Below are positions 19,492 through 32,327 of a stretch of DNA of 64,000 nt, in pieces. Origin of the DNA: Dehalococcoidia bacterium. GTDB lineage: Bacteria; Chloroflexota; Dehalococcoidia; UBA2979. The notes beneath the pieces are model-generated. The model worked only from the letters and a program-made list of their open reading frames with translations. It was not told the origin of the DNA and did no database searches. Each line of letters begins with the position of its first letter. Position 1 is the first letter of the stretch. A program made the translations under genes and the position numbers. The DNA lies in assembly GCA_964291495.2 (NCBI GenBank), contig OZ219871.1, forward strand, positions 960,001 to 1,024,000, in the 5' to 3' direction.

Positions 19492-20928
19492 TCAGCCTCT
19501 CCCGTGGCCGCGCCGCCGCCCGATGTAGTCCGGGCTGCGGCCGTAGAAGGCGGCGGCGGCGTTCATCAGCGTCTCGCCCAGCGTCGGGTGCGGGTGGATC
19601 GTCAACTCGAGGTCCTGCACGACCGCCCCCATCTCGATCGCCAGCGCCGCCTCCGAGATCAGGTCGCCCGCCCCGACGCCGACGATGCCCACGCCGAGCA
19701 CGCGGTCGGTGTGCGGCTCGACCACCAGCTTCGTCGCGCCGTCCGTGCGGCCGAGCGTCGTCGCGCGACCGGAGGCGGCCCACGGCAGCGTCGAGGTCTG
19801 GACCTCGATGCGCTGGTCCGCGGCCTCCGTCTCCGTCAGCCCGACCCAGGCGATCTCCGGGTCCGTGTAGACCACCGCGGGAATGACGCGCGCGTCCCAG
19901 ACCAGCGGCTTCCCCGCGATCGCCTCGACGGCGACCGAGGCCTCGTGCGTGGCCTTGTGCGCCAGCATCGGCTCCCCGGCCACGTCGCCGATCGCGAAGA
20001 TCGCCGGGTCCGCGCTGCGGCGCTGCGCGTCGACCTCGACGAACCCGCGCGCGTCCAGCTGCGCTGCCGTCTGCTCCAGGCCGAGGCCGGCGCTGTTCGG
20101 GCGGCGCCCCACGGCGACGAGCACTTGCTCGAACAGCTCCTCCGAGGGCTCGCCGTCCGTCCCGCCGAGGCGCGCGAGCACGCCGCCCTCGGCCTCCTCC
20201 ATCGACAGCACCGTGGTCTCCAGGCGGATCGCCTCGAAGTTCCGGCGCAGGCGGCGCTGCAGCGTGCGCACGAGGTCGCGATCGACGCCCGGCAGCAAAC
20301 CGTTCGTCATCTCGACGACCGTGACGCGGGAGCCGAGCGCGGCGTAGACGCTGCCCAGCTCCAGCCCGATGTAGCCGCCTCCAATGACGAGCAGCGTCTC
20401 CGGCACGCGCTCCAGCTCAAGCGCCGAGGTGGAGTCCATCACCAGCGGCGAGTCGAGCGCGAGGCTCGGGATCGTCGCCGGAACCGAGCCGGTCGCGACG
20501 ATCGCGTACTCGAAGCCGATCGTGCGCGGCTCGCCCTCGGCCGAGGTGACCTCGACGGAGCGCGGGCCGTTGAAGCGGGCGCGCCCGCTCACGAACTCGA
20601 CGCCGTGCTGCGTCGTCAGCTGGCCGAGCCCGCCGGTCAGGCGGTTGACTACGCCCTGCTTCCACTGGCGCAGCTTGTCGAGGTCGATCGAGGGGTCGCC
20701 GTAGCTGACGCCCCACTCGGCGGCGTGCTTCGCCTCCTCGAGCTGCGCGGCGACGTGCAGCAGCGCCTTGGAGGGGATGCAGCCGCGGTAGAGACAGACG
20801 CCGCCTGGGTTCGGCGCGTCGTCGATCAGGGTGACCTTCATCCCCATGTCGGCAGCGAGGAAGGCCGCCGGATAGCCACCCGGCCCGCCGCCGATCACTA
20901 TCAGGTCGCTGGCGCCGTCGGTCACCAT
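19492..20928 (-). CDS. lpdA: Dihydrolipoamide dehydrogenase (E3)
   Basis: GGGPGG, GGVCLYRGCIPSK, GGGYIGLE, HPHPTLGE. Confidence 0.96.
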   Translation of the reverse strand: MVTDGASDLIVIGGGPGGYPAAFLAADMGMKVTLIDDAPNPGGVCLYRGCIPSKALLHVAAQLEEAKHAAEWGVSYGDPSIDLDKLRQWKQGVVNRLTGGLGQLTTQHGVEFVSGRARFNGPRSVEVTSAEGEPRTIGFEYAIVATGSVPATIPSLALDSPLVMDSTSALELERVPETLLVIGGGYIGLELGSVYAALGSRVTVVEMTNGLLPGVDRDLVRTLQRRLRRNFEAIRLETTVLSMEEAEGGVLARLGGTDGEPSEELFEQVLVAVGRRPNSAGLGLEQTAAQLDARGFVEVDAQRRSADPAIFAIGDVAGEPMLAHKATHEASVAVEAIAGKPLVWDARVIPAVVYTDPEIAWVGLTETEAADQRIEVQTSTLPWAASGRATTLGRTDGATKLVVEPHTDRVLGVGIVGVGAGDLISEAALAIEMGAVVQDLELTIHPHPTLGETLMNAAAAFYGRSPDYIGRRRGHGRG

Positions 20929-22289
20929 CAGTCCTCCGATCCCGACTCGGACTCCGGGAACTCCTCGAGCATGTAGGGCCGCGGCTGCTCCAGCGTCTCG
21001 CAGATCCAGGCGAGGGCGCGTGCGCCGTCGGCGCCGTCGATTAGCCTGTGGTCGAAGTTGATCGCCAGCGGCATGCGCAGCCGCGGCTCGAACTCGCTGC
21101 CCGTCCAGACCGGCTCCTGCTCGGCCCGGCCCACGGCGAGGATGCCGACCTGCGGCGGCAGCAGCACGGCGTTGAAGAAGCCAATTCCCATGCCTCCGAG
21201 ATTCGAGATGGTGAAGGTGCCGCCGCGCAGGTCCTCGAGCGTGCTCTTGCGATCGCGGGCCCGGCCGACCAGCTCGCCGATCTCGATCGCGAGCTCGGTG
21301 ATGGTCTTCTCGTCGGCGTTGCGCACGACGGGGACGATCAGGCCGTGGTCGGTGTCCGTGGCGACGCCGACGTGCACGTAGTGGCGGTAGACGATCTCCT
21401 CGCTCGCCACATCGATCGAGGCGTTGAGCCGCGGGAACTCGCGGAGCGCCCCCGCGACGACCTTCATCAGGATCGGCATCATCGTCAGCTGGCCGCCGGA
21501 CGCGGCGACGCGCTCGCGGTTGACGCGGCGGATCGCCTCCAATTCGGTGACGTCGGCCTTGCGCTGCAGCATCACGTGCGGGCTTTGCGCCCAGGACTGG
21601 CTGAGCGTGCGCGCGGTGGTGCGGCGCACGCCCGTCATCCGCTCGCGCTCCACCTCGCCGAACTGCGAGAGGTCCGGCAGCGCGGAGGGCGCGGGCGCGG
21701 CGCCCCGGCGAGGCGCCTCGGGCGCGTCGGCTGGCGCTGCGCCGCTGCGCATCAGGCGCGCGTGCGCCTTCACATCGTCGATCGAGACGCGCCCGCCGGG
21801 GCCGCTGCCCGCGACCTCGCCGAGCGCCACGCCGATCTCCCTCGCGAACATCCGCACCGAGGGCGAGGCGGGCACCAGGCCGCCATCGGAAGGCAGCACG
21901 GGCGTGGCCGCGCCCGGCGGCCTCGCGGGTGCGGCAGGCGCCGGTGCCGGAGCAGGGGCGGGCGGCGGCGGGGCAGCCGGCTCGACGGCAGGCGGCGCGC
22001 TCGCGGCGGGCGGCGCCACGGATACGGCCGGGGAGGACGGCTTCACGCCCTCCTCGGCCTCGATCGCGACGATCGCCTGGCCCGGCCGGATCGTGTCGCC
22101 GACGCTGACGTGGACGGCGGTGATAGCGCCCGCGTATGGCGCGGGCACGTCGAGGTTCGCCTTCTCCGTCTCCACCTCGATCACGGCCTGGTCGCGCTCG
22201 ACGCGGTCGCCCGCGTGGACGTGCACCGCGATCACCTCGGCCTCTTCGATGTCCTCGCCGAGGTCGGGGAGCAGGTAGTCCGTTGCCAT
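20928..22289 (-). CDS. aceF: Dihydrolipoamide acetyltransferase (E2), single lipoyl domain
   Basis: VETEKA lipoyl site, ASPSVR..GSGPGGRV E3-binding domain, DHRLIDG. Confidence 0.93.
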   Translation of the reverse strand: MATDYLLPDLGEDIEEAEVIAVHVHAGDRVERDQAVIEVETEKANLDVPAPYAGAITAVHVSVGDTIRPGQAIVAIEAEEGVKPSSPAVSVAPPAASAPPAVEPAAPPPPAPAPAPAPAAPARPPGAATPVLPSDGGLVPASPSVRMFAREIGVALGEVAGSGPGGRVSIDDVKAHARLMRSGAAPADAPEAPRRGAAPAPSALPDLSQFGEVERERMTGVRRTTARTLSQSWAQSPHVMLQRKADVTELEAIRRVNRERVAASGGQLTMMPILMKVVAGALREFPRLNASIDVASEEIVYRHYVHVGVATDTDHGLIVPVVRNADEKTITELAIEIGELVGRARDRKSTLEDLRGGTFTISNLGGMGIGFFNAVLLPPQVGILAVGRAEQEPVWTGSEFEPRLRMPLAINFDHRLIDGADGARALAWICETLEQPRPYMLEEFPESESGSED

Positions 22290-22335
22290 GCGTCCTCCTG
22301 CAAGCCCCTCTGCAAGCCCAGCTGGGCGCACTCGC

Positions 22336-25070
<2,735 letters not shown>

Positions 25071-25074
<4 letters not shown>

Positions 25075-25991
25075 GACGTGCCTCCCGTTCCCGCCGGCGC
25101 AGCCTTGGAGGCCTGCTCGGCGGCGTGGTAGGAGCTGCGCACCAGCGGTCCGCACTCGGCGTGGCGGAAACCGATGGCGTGTGCGTAGTCGGCGATCTCG
25201 GCGAACTCGTCCGGGTGCCAGAAGCGCTCGATCGGCAGGTGCTTCAGCGAGGGCCGCAGATACTGCCCCACGGTCAGCAGATCGCAGCCGTGCTCGCGCA
25301 GGTCGTCGAGGACCTCGCGTACCTCGTCCAGCGTCTCGCCGAGGCCGACCATGATGCCGGACTTGGTCGTCATCGCCGGGTCGATCTCCTTGACGCGGCG
25401 GATCAGCTCGAGCGAGCGCCGGTAGCGCGCCTTCGGCCGCACCCGCCGGTAGAGCCGCGGCACTGTCTCCGTGTTGTGGTTGAGCACCACCGGCTGCGCC
25501 TCGATCACGGTCGCGAGGGCGTCCCGGTTGCCCTCGAAGTCCGGGATCAGCACCTCCACCTGCGTCTGCGGCAGGCGGCGGCGAATCGCGCGGATGCAGG
25601 CGGCGAAGATCTCCGCGCCGCCGTCCGGCAGGTCGTCGCGGTTGACCGAGGTGATGACGACGTAGTCGAGGCCCAGCCGCTCGACGGCCTGCGCGAGCCG
25701 GAACGGCTCCAGCAGGTCGAGGCCCTCGGGGCGGCCGGAGGTCACGTCGCAGAAGCCGCAGGCCCGCGTGCAGATGTCGCCGAGGATCATGAAGGTGGCG
25801 GTGCCGGCGTTGAAGCACTCGCCGATGTTGGGGCAGCGCGCCTCCTCGCAGACGGTGTGCAGCTCGTTCTCGCGCAGCAGCGACTTGATTTCGGAGAAGC
25901 GCTCGCCCGCGGGGAAGCGCGCCTTCAACCAGCGCGGCTTGCGCGGGAAGGGCCGCTCCATGAGGGGGGCTGCCGCGCCTCGCGCGCTCAC
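25071..25991 (-). CDS. lipA: Lipoyl synthase
   Basis: CEEARCPNIGEC, CTRACGFC, GQYLRPS, LVRSSYHA. Confidence 0.96.
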
Positions 25992-26752
25992 GACGCTGCT
26001 CCAGCCAGCGCCGCCGGCGCCGGCGCGTCCGCGTCCCACGACGTGGCGACCAGCCGGCAGCCGAACTCGCGCGCGAAGGCCTCGGCAATCGCGTCCTCCA
26101 CCTCGCGCATCGGCGGCGCCTCGTCGAGCAGCCGCTCCAGCGAGGTGGCCTCGATGTCCGGGATGCCGCAGGGCACGATCCGCGCGAACCACTCGAGGTC
26201 GGTCGAGACGTTGAGGGCGAGGCCGTGGCGGCTGATGCCGCGGCTGACGCGCACGCCGACGGCCCCGAGCTTCGCGCCCTCCACCCACACGCCGGGGCGA
26301 CCTCGCACGCGCTCGGCCTGTACGCCGAAGCGCGCGACGGCCTCGATCATCACGGCCTCGAGCATCCGCACATAGCGCGCGGCGCCGACGCCGCGGCCGC
26401 GCAGGTCGAGGATCGGATAGGCGACAAGCTGGCCGGGGCCGTGGAAGGTCACGTCGCCGCCGCGGTCGGTGTGCACCACCTGCGCCCCGAAGGCGGCCAG
26501 CGCCTGCGGGGTGACGAGCAGGTTGGAGTCATTGCCGCGCGCGCCGAGCGTGTAGACCGGGGCGTGCTGCAGCAGCACCAGCGCCTCGCCCTCACTGCCC
26601 GTGTAGAGGGCGGCGGCGCGCTCGTGCTGCCACTCCAGCGCTGCCGCGTAGTCGACGAGGCCGGGACGCCAGAGGCCCACGACGCCCTCGTGGCGCTCGT
26701 CGCGCTTCGTTCGGGCGTCTGCCTGGAGGGTCATGGGCTCCCCCGCGCTCAT
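25988..26752 (-). CDS. lipB: Octanoyltransferase
   Basis: QHAPVYTLG, DRGGDVTFHGPGQLVAYP, HGLALN, IVPCG. Confidence 0.95.
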   Translation of the reverse strand: MSAGEPMTLQADARTKRDERHEGVVGLWRPGLVDYAAALEWQHERAAALYTGSEGEALVLLQHAPVYTLGARGNDSNLLVTPQALAAFGAQVVHTDRGGDVTFHGPGQLVAYPILDLRGRGVGAARYVRMLEAVMIEAVARFGVQAERVRGRPGVWVEGAKLGAVGVRVSRGISRHGLALNVSTDLEWFARIVPCGIPDIEATSLERLLDEAPPMREVEDAIAEAFAREFGCRLVATSWDADAPAPAALAGAAS

Positions 26753-26951
26753 TCGCCCGCCCCCGCGGCGGTTCGCCGCGGCGGCTCAGGCCAACGTATC
26801 CAGTATATGAAGCGACTGCTGCCGGTGCGCGGCCACGCGGACCACATGGTGCATGGGGGATACACCCGCGGCGTCGGGCCGTCGCGCTGTCCGCTATGCT
26901 CCGGGCGAGTCGGGGTCCGGACGGGCGCCCGGAGCGTGAGGCGAGGAAGCG

Positions 26952-27935
26952 ATGCAGATCAGCCCCTCCGTGCGCGCCGCGATGGTGCCGGACGAGAACG
27001 TGATGCACCCGGACTTCACCTCGATCTACCTCGTCGGTCCGCCGGGCGGCCAGTCGCTGACGATCGACTCCGGCGAGGCGATCGAGCGCTACCAGTGGTT
27101 CCTGCGGGGCTACCTGGCGGCGACCGAGCACGCCGAGATCGGCGTCGCCACGATCACCCACCACCACGCGGACCACTCCGGCAACCTCAAATGGGCGAAG
27201 GAGTTCCTGGAGGCCGAGATCTCGATCCCGCAGGGAGGGCGGCGCCTGCTCAAGGGCCGCATCCCCCGCCAGGTCAATCAGCTGGCCGACGGCGATGTGC
27301 TGGACATGGGCGGCGGCGTCCGCCTGCAGGTGCTCGCGACGCCCGGCCACAGCATCGATTCGCTGTGCTACTACCTCGAGGACGAGGGCGTGCTGTTCAC
27401 CGGCGACACGCTGCTTGGCTCCTCTACGACGACGGTCGGCGACCTCGGGGCGTACCGGCGCAGCCTCGAGCGGCTGCTCGAGCTACCGAACCTGCAGGTG
27501 ATCTGCCCCGGCCACGGCAAGATCGTGAACGACCCGCGCGAGCGCCTCCAGATGTACGTCGACCACCGCAACCTGCGCGAGCAGCAGATCCTCGCGGTGC
27601 TCAAGGGCGGGGAGCAGCTCAGCAGCTGGGAGATCATGCTGCGCGTCTACGGCGACGAGATCGACACTCGCCTCCGCCGCGCCGCCGACGGCAACGTGCG
27701 CAGCCACCTCGATCAGCTCCGCGACGAGGGCCGCATCACCGAGTACGAGGGCAAACCGAAGCGCGCTCGCAGCAAGCGGGCAGTCGAGCGCGAGCACGAA
27801 CACGAGCGCGAGCGAGACCGCGTCCTCCGCGAGGCGAGGCGCATCAGGGCAGCCCGCAGTCGCGAGGAAATCCGCCGCCAGGAGAACCCGCCGAGCGAGC
27901 AGTGGTCCAAGCCGCCGCTCTACGAAGTCGCGTGA
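26952..27935 (+). CDS. MBL-fold metallo-hydrolase (LACTB2-like) with charged C-terminal tail
   Basis: THHHADHSG, TPGHS, FTGD, PGHG, HR..REQQI. Confidence 0.88.
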   Translation: MQISPSVRAAMVPDENVMHPDFTSIYLVGPPGGQSLTIDSGEAIERYQWFLRGYLAATEHAEIGVATITHHHADHSGNLKWAKEFLEAEISIPQGGRRLLKGRIPRQVNQLADGDVLDMGGGVRLQVLATPGHSIDSLCYYLEDEGVLFTGDTLLGSSTTTVGDLGAYRRSLERLLELPNLQVICPGHGKIVNDPRERLQMYVDHRNLREQQILAVLKGGEQLSSWEIMLRVYGDEIDTRLRRAADGNVRSHLDQLRDEGRITEYEGKPKRARSKRAVEREHEHERERDRVLREARRIRAARSREEIRRQENPPSEQWSKPPLYEVA

Positions 27936-27996
27936 CTACCCCGCTGCCAGCAACAACCCCGCAGTGAGGTCGCGGCGCTGACCCTTGCAACGCGGA

Positions 27997-28464
27997 TCAG
28001 CCGATGTCGAGTTCCGGGAAGTAGCGCGAGTAGTACCCGCGATCGCGCGTGATCAGCCGATCGGCTTGCATCGCGGCGTGCGCCCCGATCATGAAGTCGG
28101 CCACGATGTGTTGCCGTACCGGGATGTCCGCTCCGCACGCCTCGCACCGCCCTTGCTGGGCCGCGCCGCAGCGCGGGCAGGTGAGCGACCGCTGGCGGCG
28201 CCTCGCATAGGTCCGCCATGCGCTGCCGGCACGCTGCAACGTCGCCGGGCTCGACGGCATGAGGCGAATGCCAGTGTCTTCAACAAAGCGCTCCATCTCG
28301 GCGGACTGCTCGAACCGTCCGGCCAGCTCGGCGTAGACCGCCCCCGAGATGACGATAGCGCCCTCGCGAGCGGCCTCGGCCAGCCGGAACGCGGAGGCGT
28401 TCGCGTCTGGTGCGTCGGGAATGAGGAGATCGAGCAGGACGTTCGTGTCGAGCGCCGAGATCAC
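27997..28464 (-). CDS. PIN/VapC toxin with inserted zinc ribbon
   Basis: LDTNVLLD, VYAEL, VADFMIGAHA, LITRDRG; CPRCG-x6-CEACG insertion. Confidence 0.88.
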   Translation of the reverse strand: MISALDTNVLLDLLIPDAPDANASAFRLAEAAREGAIVISGAVYAELAGRFEQSAEMERFVEDTGIRLMPSSPATLQRAGSAWRTYARRRQRSLTCPRCGAAQQGRCEACGADIPVRQHIVADFMIGAHAAMQADRLITRDRGYYSRYFPELDIG

Positions 28465-28688
28465 GGCCCGCGCATTTCCTCAACCAACTCATCGGGGTGG
28501 CGGTCGCTGAGATGCCGGAGGTAGCCGCGGTACTTCTCGAACGGAGACTCGGCGACTTCCTTCCGGATGCGCCACACGCCTGCTTCTTCGACGAAGCTCA
28601 CCTGGTCGCCCGGGCGCAGCCCGAGCCGGTCGCGCACCGGCTTCGGGATCGTGATCTGACCCTTGCTTGTGACTTTGGCCGTTGTCAT
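28461..28688 (-). CDS. AbrB/MazE family antitoxin
   Basis: AKVTSKGQITIPKPVRDRLGLRPGD. Confidence 0.92.
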   Translation of the reverse strand: MTTAKVTSKGQITIPKPVRDRLGLRPGDQVSFVEEAGVWRIRKEVAESPFEKYRGYLRHLSDRHPDELVEEMRGP

Positions 28689-28697
28689 GGCTACCTC

Positions 28698-28730
28698 GTA
28701 AGAACATGATTCCTTACATCAAGTGTAAGG
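28698..28730. promoter_or_regulatory. Probable TA operator, overlapping inverted repeats
   Basis: CCTTACA-N5-TGTAAGG (28712-28730) and GTAAG...CTTAC. Confidence 0.65.
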
Positions 28731-28772
28731 CGCGGCGGCCGAGGCCGCAACGATCCGCGCAAGAGACTGCCG

Positions 28773-29735
28773 TTACGCCAGCCGCCGCAGCTTCTTGATG
28801 CTCCGCAGCTCGCGAGGCGGATCGAGGTGGCGGCCGCGGATCGTGTGGGAGACCTCGGCGACGTAGATGTCACCGCGCGAGTCGACCGCCATCCCGTGCG
28901 GCGCGATGAAGCGGCCCGCCTCGTCGCCCTCCTCGGGCTGCCCGAGGCGCGCAAGCAACTCGCCCTCGCGACTGTAGATGCTGACGCGGTGCCCCACGCC
29001 CGGTGCGCCGCTCATCAGCGCGACGCCGTTGAGCTCGCCGATGTAGACAAGGCCGTCCCCGCCCATCGTGATGCCGCAGGGGCGATGGACGTTGTTCCAG
29101 ATCGCCAGCAGCTCACCCTCGCGGTCGAAGACCTGCACGCGGTGACTCTCCCGGTCCGCGACGTAGATGCGGTCCCCCTCGTCGATCGCGAGGTTGTGCG
29201 GGACCATGAACTGCCCGGGGTCGATGCCCGGTGAGCCCCACGACAGCTCGCGCTCGCCCGCGGCGGAGTAGCGGTGGACGCGCGCGTTGCCGTACCCGTC
29301 GCTGATGAAGATCGAGCCGTCGTGCGAGGAGACGACGGCGTCGGTCGGGCGGTTGAAGGGCTCGCCGCTGAACCGCTCCGAGGAGACGCCGGGCTCACCG
29401 ATGGTGAGCAACAGCTCGCCCTCGCGCGTCCACTTCGTGATCGTGTGCGAGCCGTCGTCGGCGCAGTAGAGGAAGCCGTCTGGCCCGACGCCGACAGCGT
29501 GCGTGCGGTTCGTGAACACGCCGTGTCCGAAGACGCGCAGGACGTTCCCGTCCGGATCGAACACGATCAGCGGGTTCGCGGTGTTCCTCGTGAGCACGTA
29601 GACGAGGTCATCGGCGTCGACGGCGACGCCCGGGGACTCGTGGAGGGTCATGCCGTCGGGCAGTTGCTCCCACGTCGCCAGCGCCTCGTAGCGAAACGTG
29701 CCGCTCCCGAGTTCCACCGAGTCTGCTGCGACCAT
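28773..29735 (-). CDS. NHL-repeat beta-propeller (PAL-like), copy 1
   Basis: FNRPTD, ISDGYGNARVH, GQFMVPHNL, YVADRESHRVQVF, FIAPHGMAVDS. Confidence 0.88.
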   Translation of the reverse strand: MVAADSVELGSGTFRYEALATWEQLPDGMTLHESPGVAVDADDLVYVLTRNTANPLIVFDPDGNVLRVFGHGVFTNRTHAVGVGPDGFLYCADDGSHTITKWTREGELLLTIGEPGVSSERFSGEPFNRPTDAVVSSHDGSIFISDGYGNARVHRYSAAGERELSWGSPGIDPGQFMVPHNLAIDEGDRIYVADRESHRVQVFDREGELLAIWNNVHRPCGITMGGDGLVYIGELNGVALMSGAPGVGHRVSIYSREGELLARLGQPEEGDEAGRFIAPHGMAVDSRGDIYVAEVSHTIRGRHLDPPRELRSIKKLRRLA

Positions 29736-29937
29736 GCCCCACCTCCTCGCCTCGGTCGCGAGTATTGCACGGCCGGCGCCGCCCAGCGCCGACCGGATCG
29801 ATGCAGGCGGCGGGCAGTGCCCGTAGCGTGCCAAATCCGTATCATTCGTGAGGTCCACACGTTCCCGCTTTGAATGGCGCTACTCCCACCGGTGCAGACG
29901 CGCGGCGCGGACCCCACGCGCGCGGACGAGGACGGCA

Positions 29938-32307
29938 ATGCTCGTACGAATCGCCCGCTGGTGCTTCAACAACCCCCGCAAGACCGTCGCCGCCTGGGTC
30001 GCAGTCGTCCTCGCGACATTCGCGGCGGCCGGCGTCATCGGCCCCTCGTTCTTCGCGCAGCTCGAGGCCCCCGAGTCGGACAGCCGCAACGGCTTCGAGG
30101 TGCTCGAGGAGCACTTCGGCGGGATCGGCAGCGGCCTCAGCGGCTCGATCGTCTTCCGCGCCGAGTCCGGCATCGATGACCCGGCGGTGCGCGCGGCGAT
30201 GGAGGCGATGTTCGAACAGGTCGATGCGTTCGAGGGCGTCACCGTCACCAGCCCGTACCTGGCGGCGACCCCACCCCCGGACGCACCGCAGCAGCAGACC
30301 CGGAGCCTGCCTCACGCGCCCGGCCGGCCCCAGGTCAGCACGGACGGGCTGGTCGCGTTCGCCAGCATCGACCTCGCGCCGGATCTGGACTTCAACGAGA
30401 CCTCCGAGCTGGGCGGGGAGTTCGCCGACCTCGTGCCCGAGCTGCCGGGGCTGACGGTCGAGATCGGCGGCGAGGCGCTCAGCGAGTTCGAGCCGCCGCA
30501 GTCGGAGTTCATCGGGCTGGCGTTCGCCGTCGTGGTGCTAATCCTCGCCTTCGGCTCCGTGATGGCGATGGGCCTGCCGATCGCCATCGCGGCGGCCGGC
30601 GTCGGGTTCGGCCTCGCCGTGGCGATCATGCTGTCCAACGTCCTCTCGATCCCCGAGTTCGCGACGACGATCGGCGCGATGATCGGCATCGGCGTCGGCA
30701 TCGACTACGCGCTGTTCATCGTGACCCGCTACCGAGACGGCCTCGCGGAGGACGGCGCCGTCGAGCCCTCGATCTTCCTCGCCATGGACACGGCGGGGCG
30801 GGCGGTGATCTTCGCCGGGCTGACGGTGGTGATCTCGCTGCTCGGCATGCTCTTCATCGGTCTGCCGTTCATCAGCGGGCTTGCGGTTGCCGCGGCGATT
30901 CCGGTCGCAGCCACGATGATCGCCTCCGTGACGCTGCTCCCGGCGCTGCTCGCGTTCGTGCGCGACCGCATCGAGGTCACGCGCTGGCGCGGGCTGATCG
31001 CCGCCGGGCTGGTGGCGGTGGCGCTGCTCGGCATCGGCCTCGGCTTCCGGCCGCTGCTGCTCGGCGCCCCGCTCGCCCTCGTCGTGCTCCTCGCCGGGTT
31101 CGTGGCGCCGCCGCTGCGCGCGATCGTGCCGAGGCGCCCCCGCGCGCCGATGGAGCAGACATTCGCGTGGCGCTGGAGCCGCCTGGTGCAGCGCCACCCC
31201 TGGATCGCGCTCGCCGCCGGCACCGCGATGCTGCTCGCGATGGCGTCGCCCGCGCTCTCGCTGCAGCTCGGCTTTGCCGACGAGGGCAACTACCCGCAGG
31301 AGACCACGACGCGTCGCGCCTACGACCTCCTCGCCGAGGGCTTCGGGCCGGGGTTCAACGGGCCGCTCCTCGTCACGGTCGAGCCGCAGAGCGAGGGCGA
31401 TCGCGCGGTCATCGAGCCCCTGGTCGCGACCTTCTCGGCCACCGACGGCGTCGCCTCGGTGAACGGCCCGCTGCCCAGCGACTTCGCGAATCCCGCGAAC
31501 GCAGCCGCGTACATCGTGCAGGTCTACCCGGCGACCGCCCCGCAGGACCCGGCCACCGCCGATCTCGTCGACCGCCTGCGCTCCGAGGTGATTGCCGCGG
31601 CAGTCGAGGGGAGCACGCTGGCGGTCAACGTCACCGGGTTCGTCCCGCTGGGCGTGGACTTCACCGACTACCTCGCCACGCGCACACCGGTCTTCTTCGC
31701 GGCGGTCCTCGTGCTCTCGTTCCTGCTGCTGCTGATCGTCTTCCGCTCGATCCTGGTGCCGATCAAGGCGGTGATCATGAACCTGCTCTCGATCGCCGCC
31801 GCGTATGGAGTGGTCGCCGCCGTCTTCCAGCACGGCTGGCTGGGCTCCCTGATCGGCGTCGACGCAGGCCCGATCGAGCCCTTCATCCCGATGATGCTGT
31901 TCGCCATCGTCTTCGGGCTCTCGATGGACTACGAGGTGTTCCTGCTCTCGCGGGTGCGCGAGGAGTACGACCGCACCGGGGACGCGGTCGGCTCGGTTGC
32001 CGACGGCCTCGCCTCGACCGCGCGGGTGATCACGGCCGCGGCGGCGATCATGGTCGTCGTCTTTGCGAGCTTCGTGTTCGAGGACAACCGCAGCATCAAG
32101 ATGTTCGGCCTCGGCCTGGCCGTCGCCGTGTTCCTCGACGCGACCGTGGTGCGGCTGCTGCTGGTGCCCGCGGCGATGGAGCTGCTGGGCGCTCGCAACT
32201 GGTGGGTGCCCGGCTGGCTCGACCGCCTGCTGCCCCGGCTCACCATCGAGCACGCCCCGGAGCCCGAGCCGGTTCCCGTGACGACTGGCGGAGACGCCAC
32301 TGAGTGA
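29938..32307 (+). CDS. MMPL family transporter
   Basis: GIGVGIDYALF, TAGRAV, FGLSMDYEVFLLSR, DATVVRLLLVPA. Confidence 0.93.
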   Translation: MLVRIARWCFNNPRKTVAAWVAVVLATFAAAGVIGPSFFAQLEAPESDSRNGFEVLEEHFGGIGSGLSGSIVFRAESGIDDPAVRAAMEAMFEQVDAFEGVTVTSPYLAATPPPDAPQQQTRSLPHAPGRPQVSTDGLVAFASIDLAPDLDFNETSELGGEFADLVPELPGLTVEIGGEALSEFEPPQSEFIGLAFAVVVLILAFGSVMAMGLPIAIAAAGVGFGLAVAIMLSNVLSIPEFATTIGAMIGIGVGIDYALFIVTRYRDGLAEDGAVEPSIFLAMDTAGRAVIFAGLTVVISLLGMLFIGLPFISGLAVAAAIPVAATMIASVTLLPALLAFVRDRIEVTRWRGLIAAGLVAVALLGIGLGFRPLLLGAPLALVVLLAGFVAPPLRAIVPRRPRAPMEQTFAWRWSRLVQRHPWIALAAGTAMLLAMASPALSLQLGFADEGNYPQETTTRRAYDLLAEGFGPGFNGPLLVTVEPQSEGDRAVIEPLVATFSATDGVASVNGPLPSDFANPANAAAYIVQVYPATAPQDPATADLVDRLRSEVIAAAVEGSTLAVNVTGFVPLGVDFTDYLATRTPVFFAAVLVLSFLLLLIVFRSILVPIKAVIMNLLSIAAAYGVVAAVFQHGWLGSLIGVDAGPIEPFIPMMLFAIVFGLSMDYEVFLLSRVREEYDRTGDAVGSVADGLASTARVITAAAAIMVVVFASFVFEDNRSIKMFGLGLAVAVFLDATVVRLLLVPAAMELLGARNWWVPGWLDRLLPRLTIEHAPEPEPVPVTTGGDATE

Positions 32308-32327
32308 GAGGCGAGGGGCTTCGCGCG

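Noticed and set aside
26763-26781. Hairpin CCGCGGCG-GTT-CGCCGCGG upstream of lipB as a riboswitch
   Set aside because: Single GC stem with no recognisable aptamer.
26952-27935. Metallo-beta-lactamase resistance gene
   Set aside because: No signal peptide; LACTB2/glyoxalase II-like pattern.
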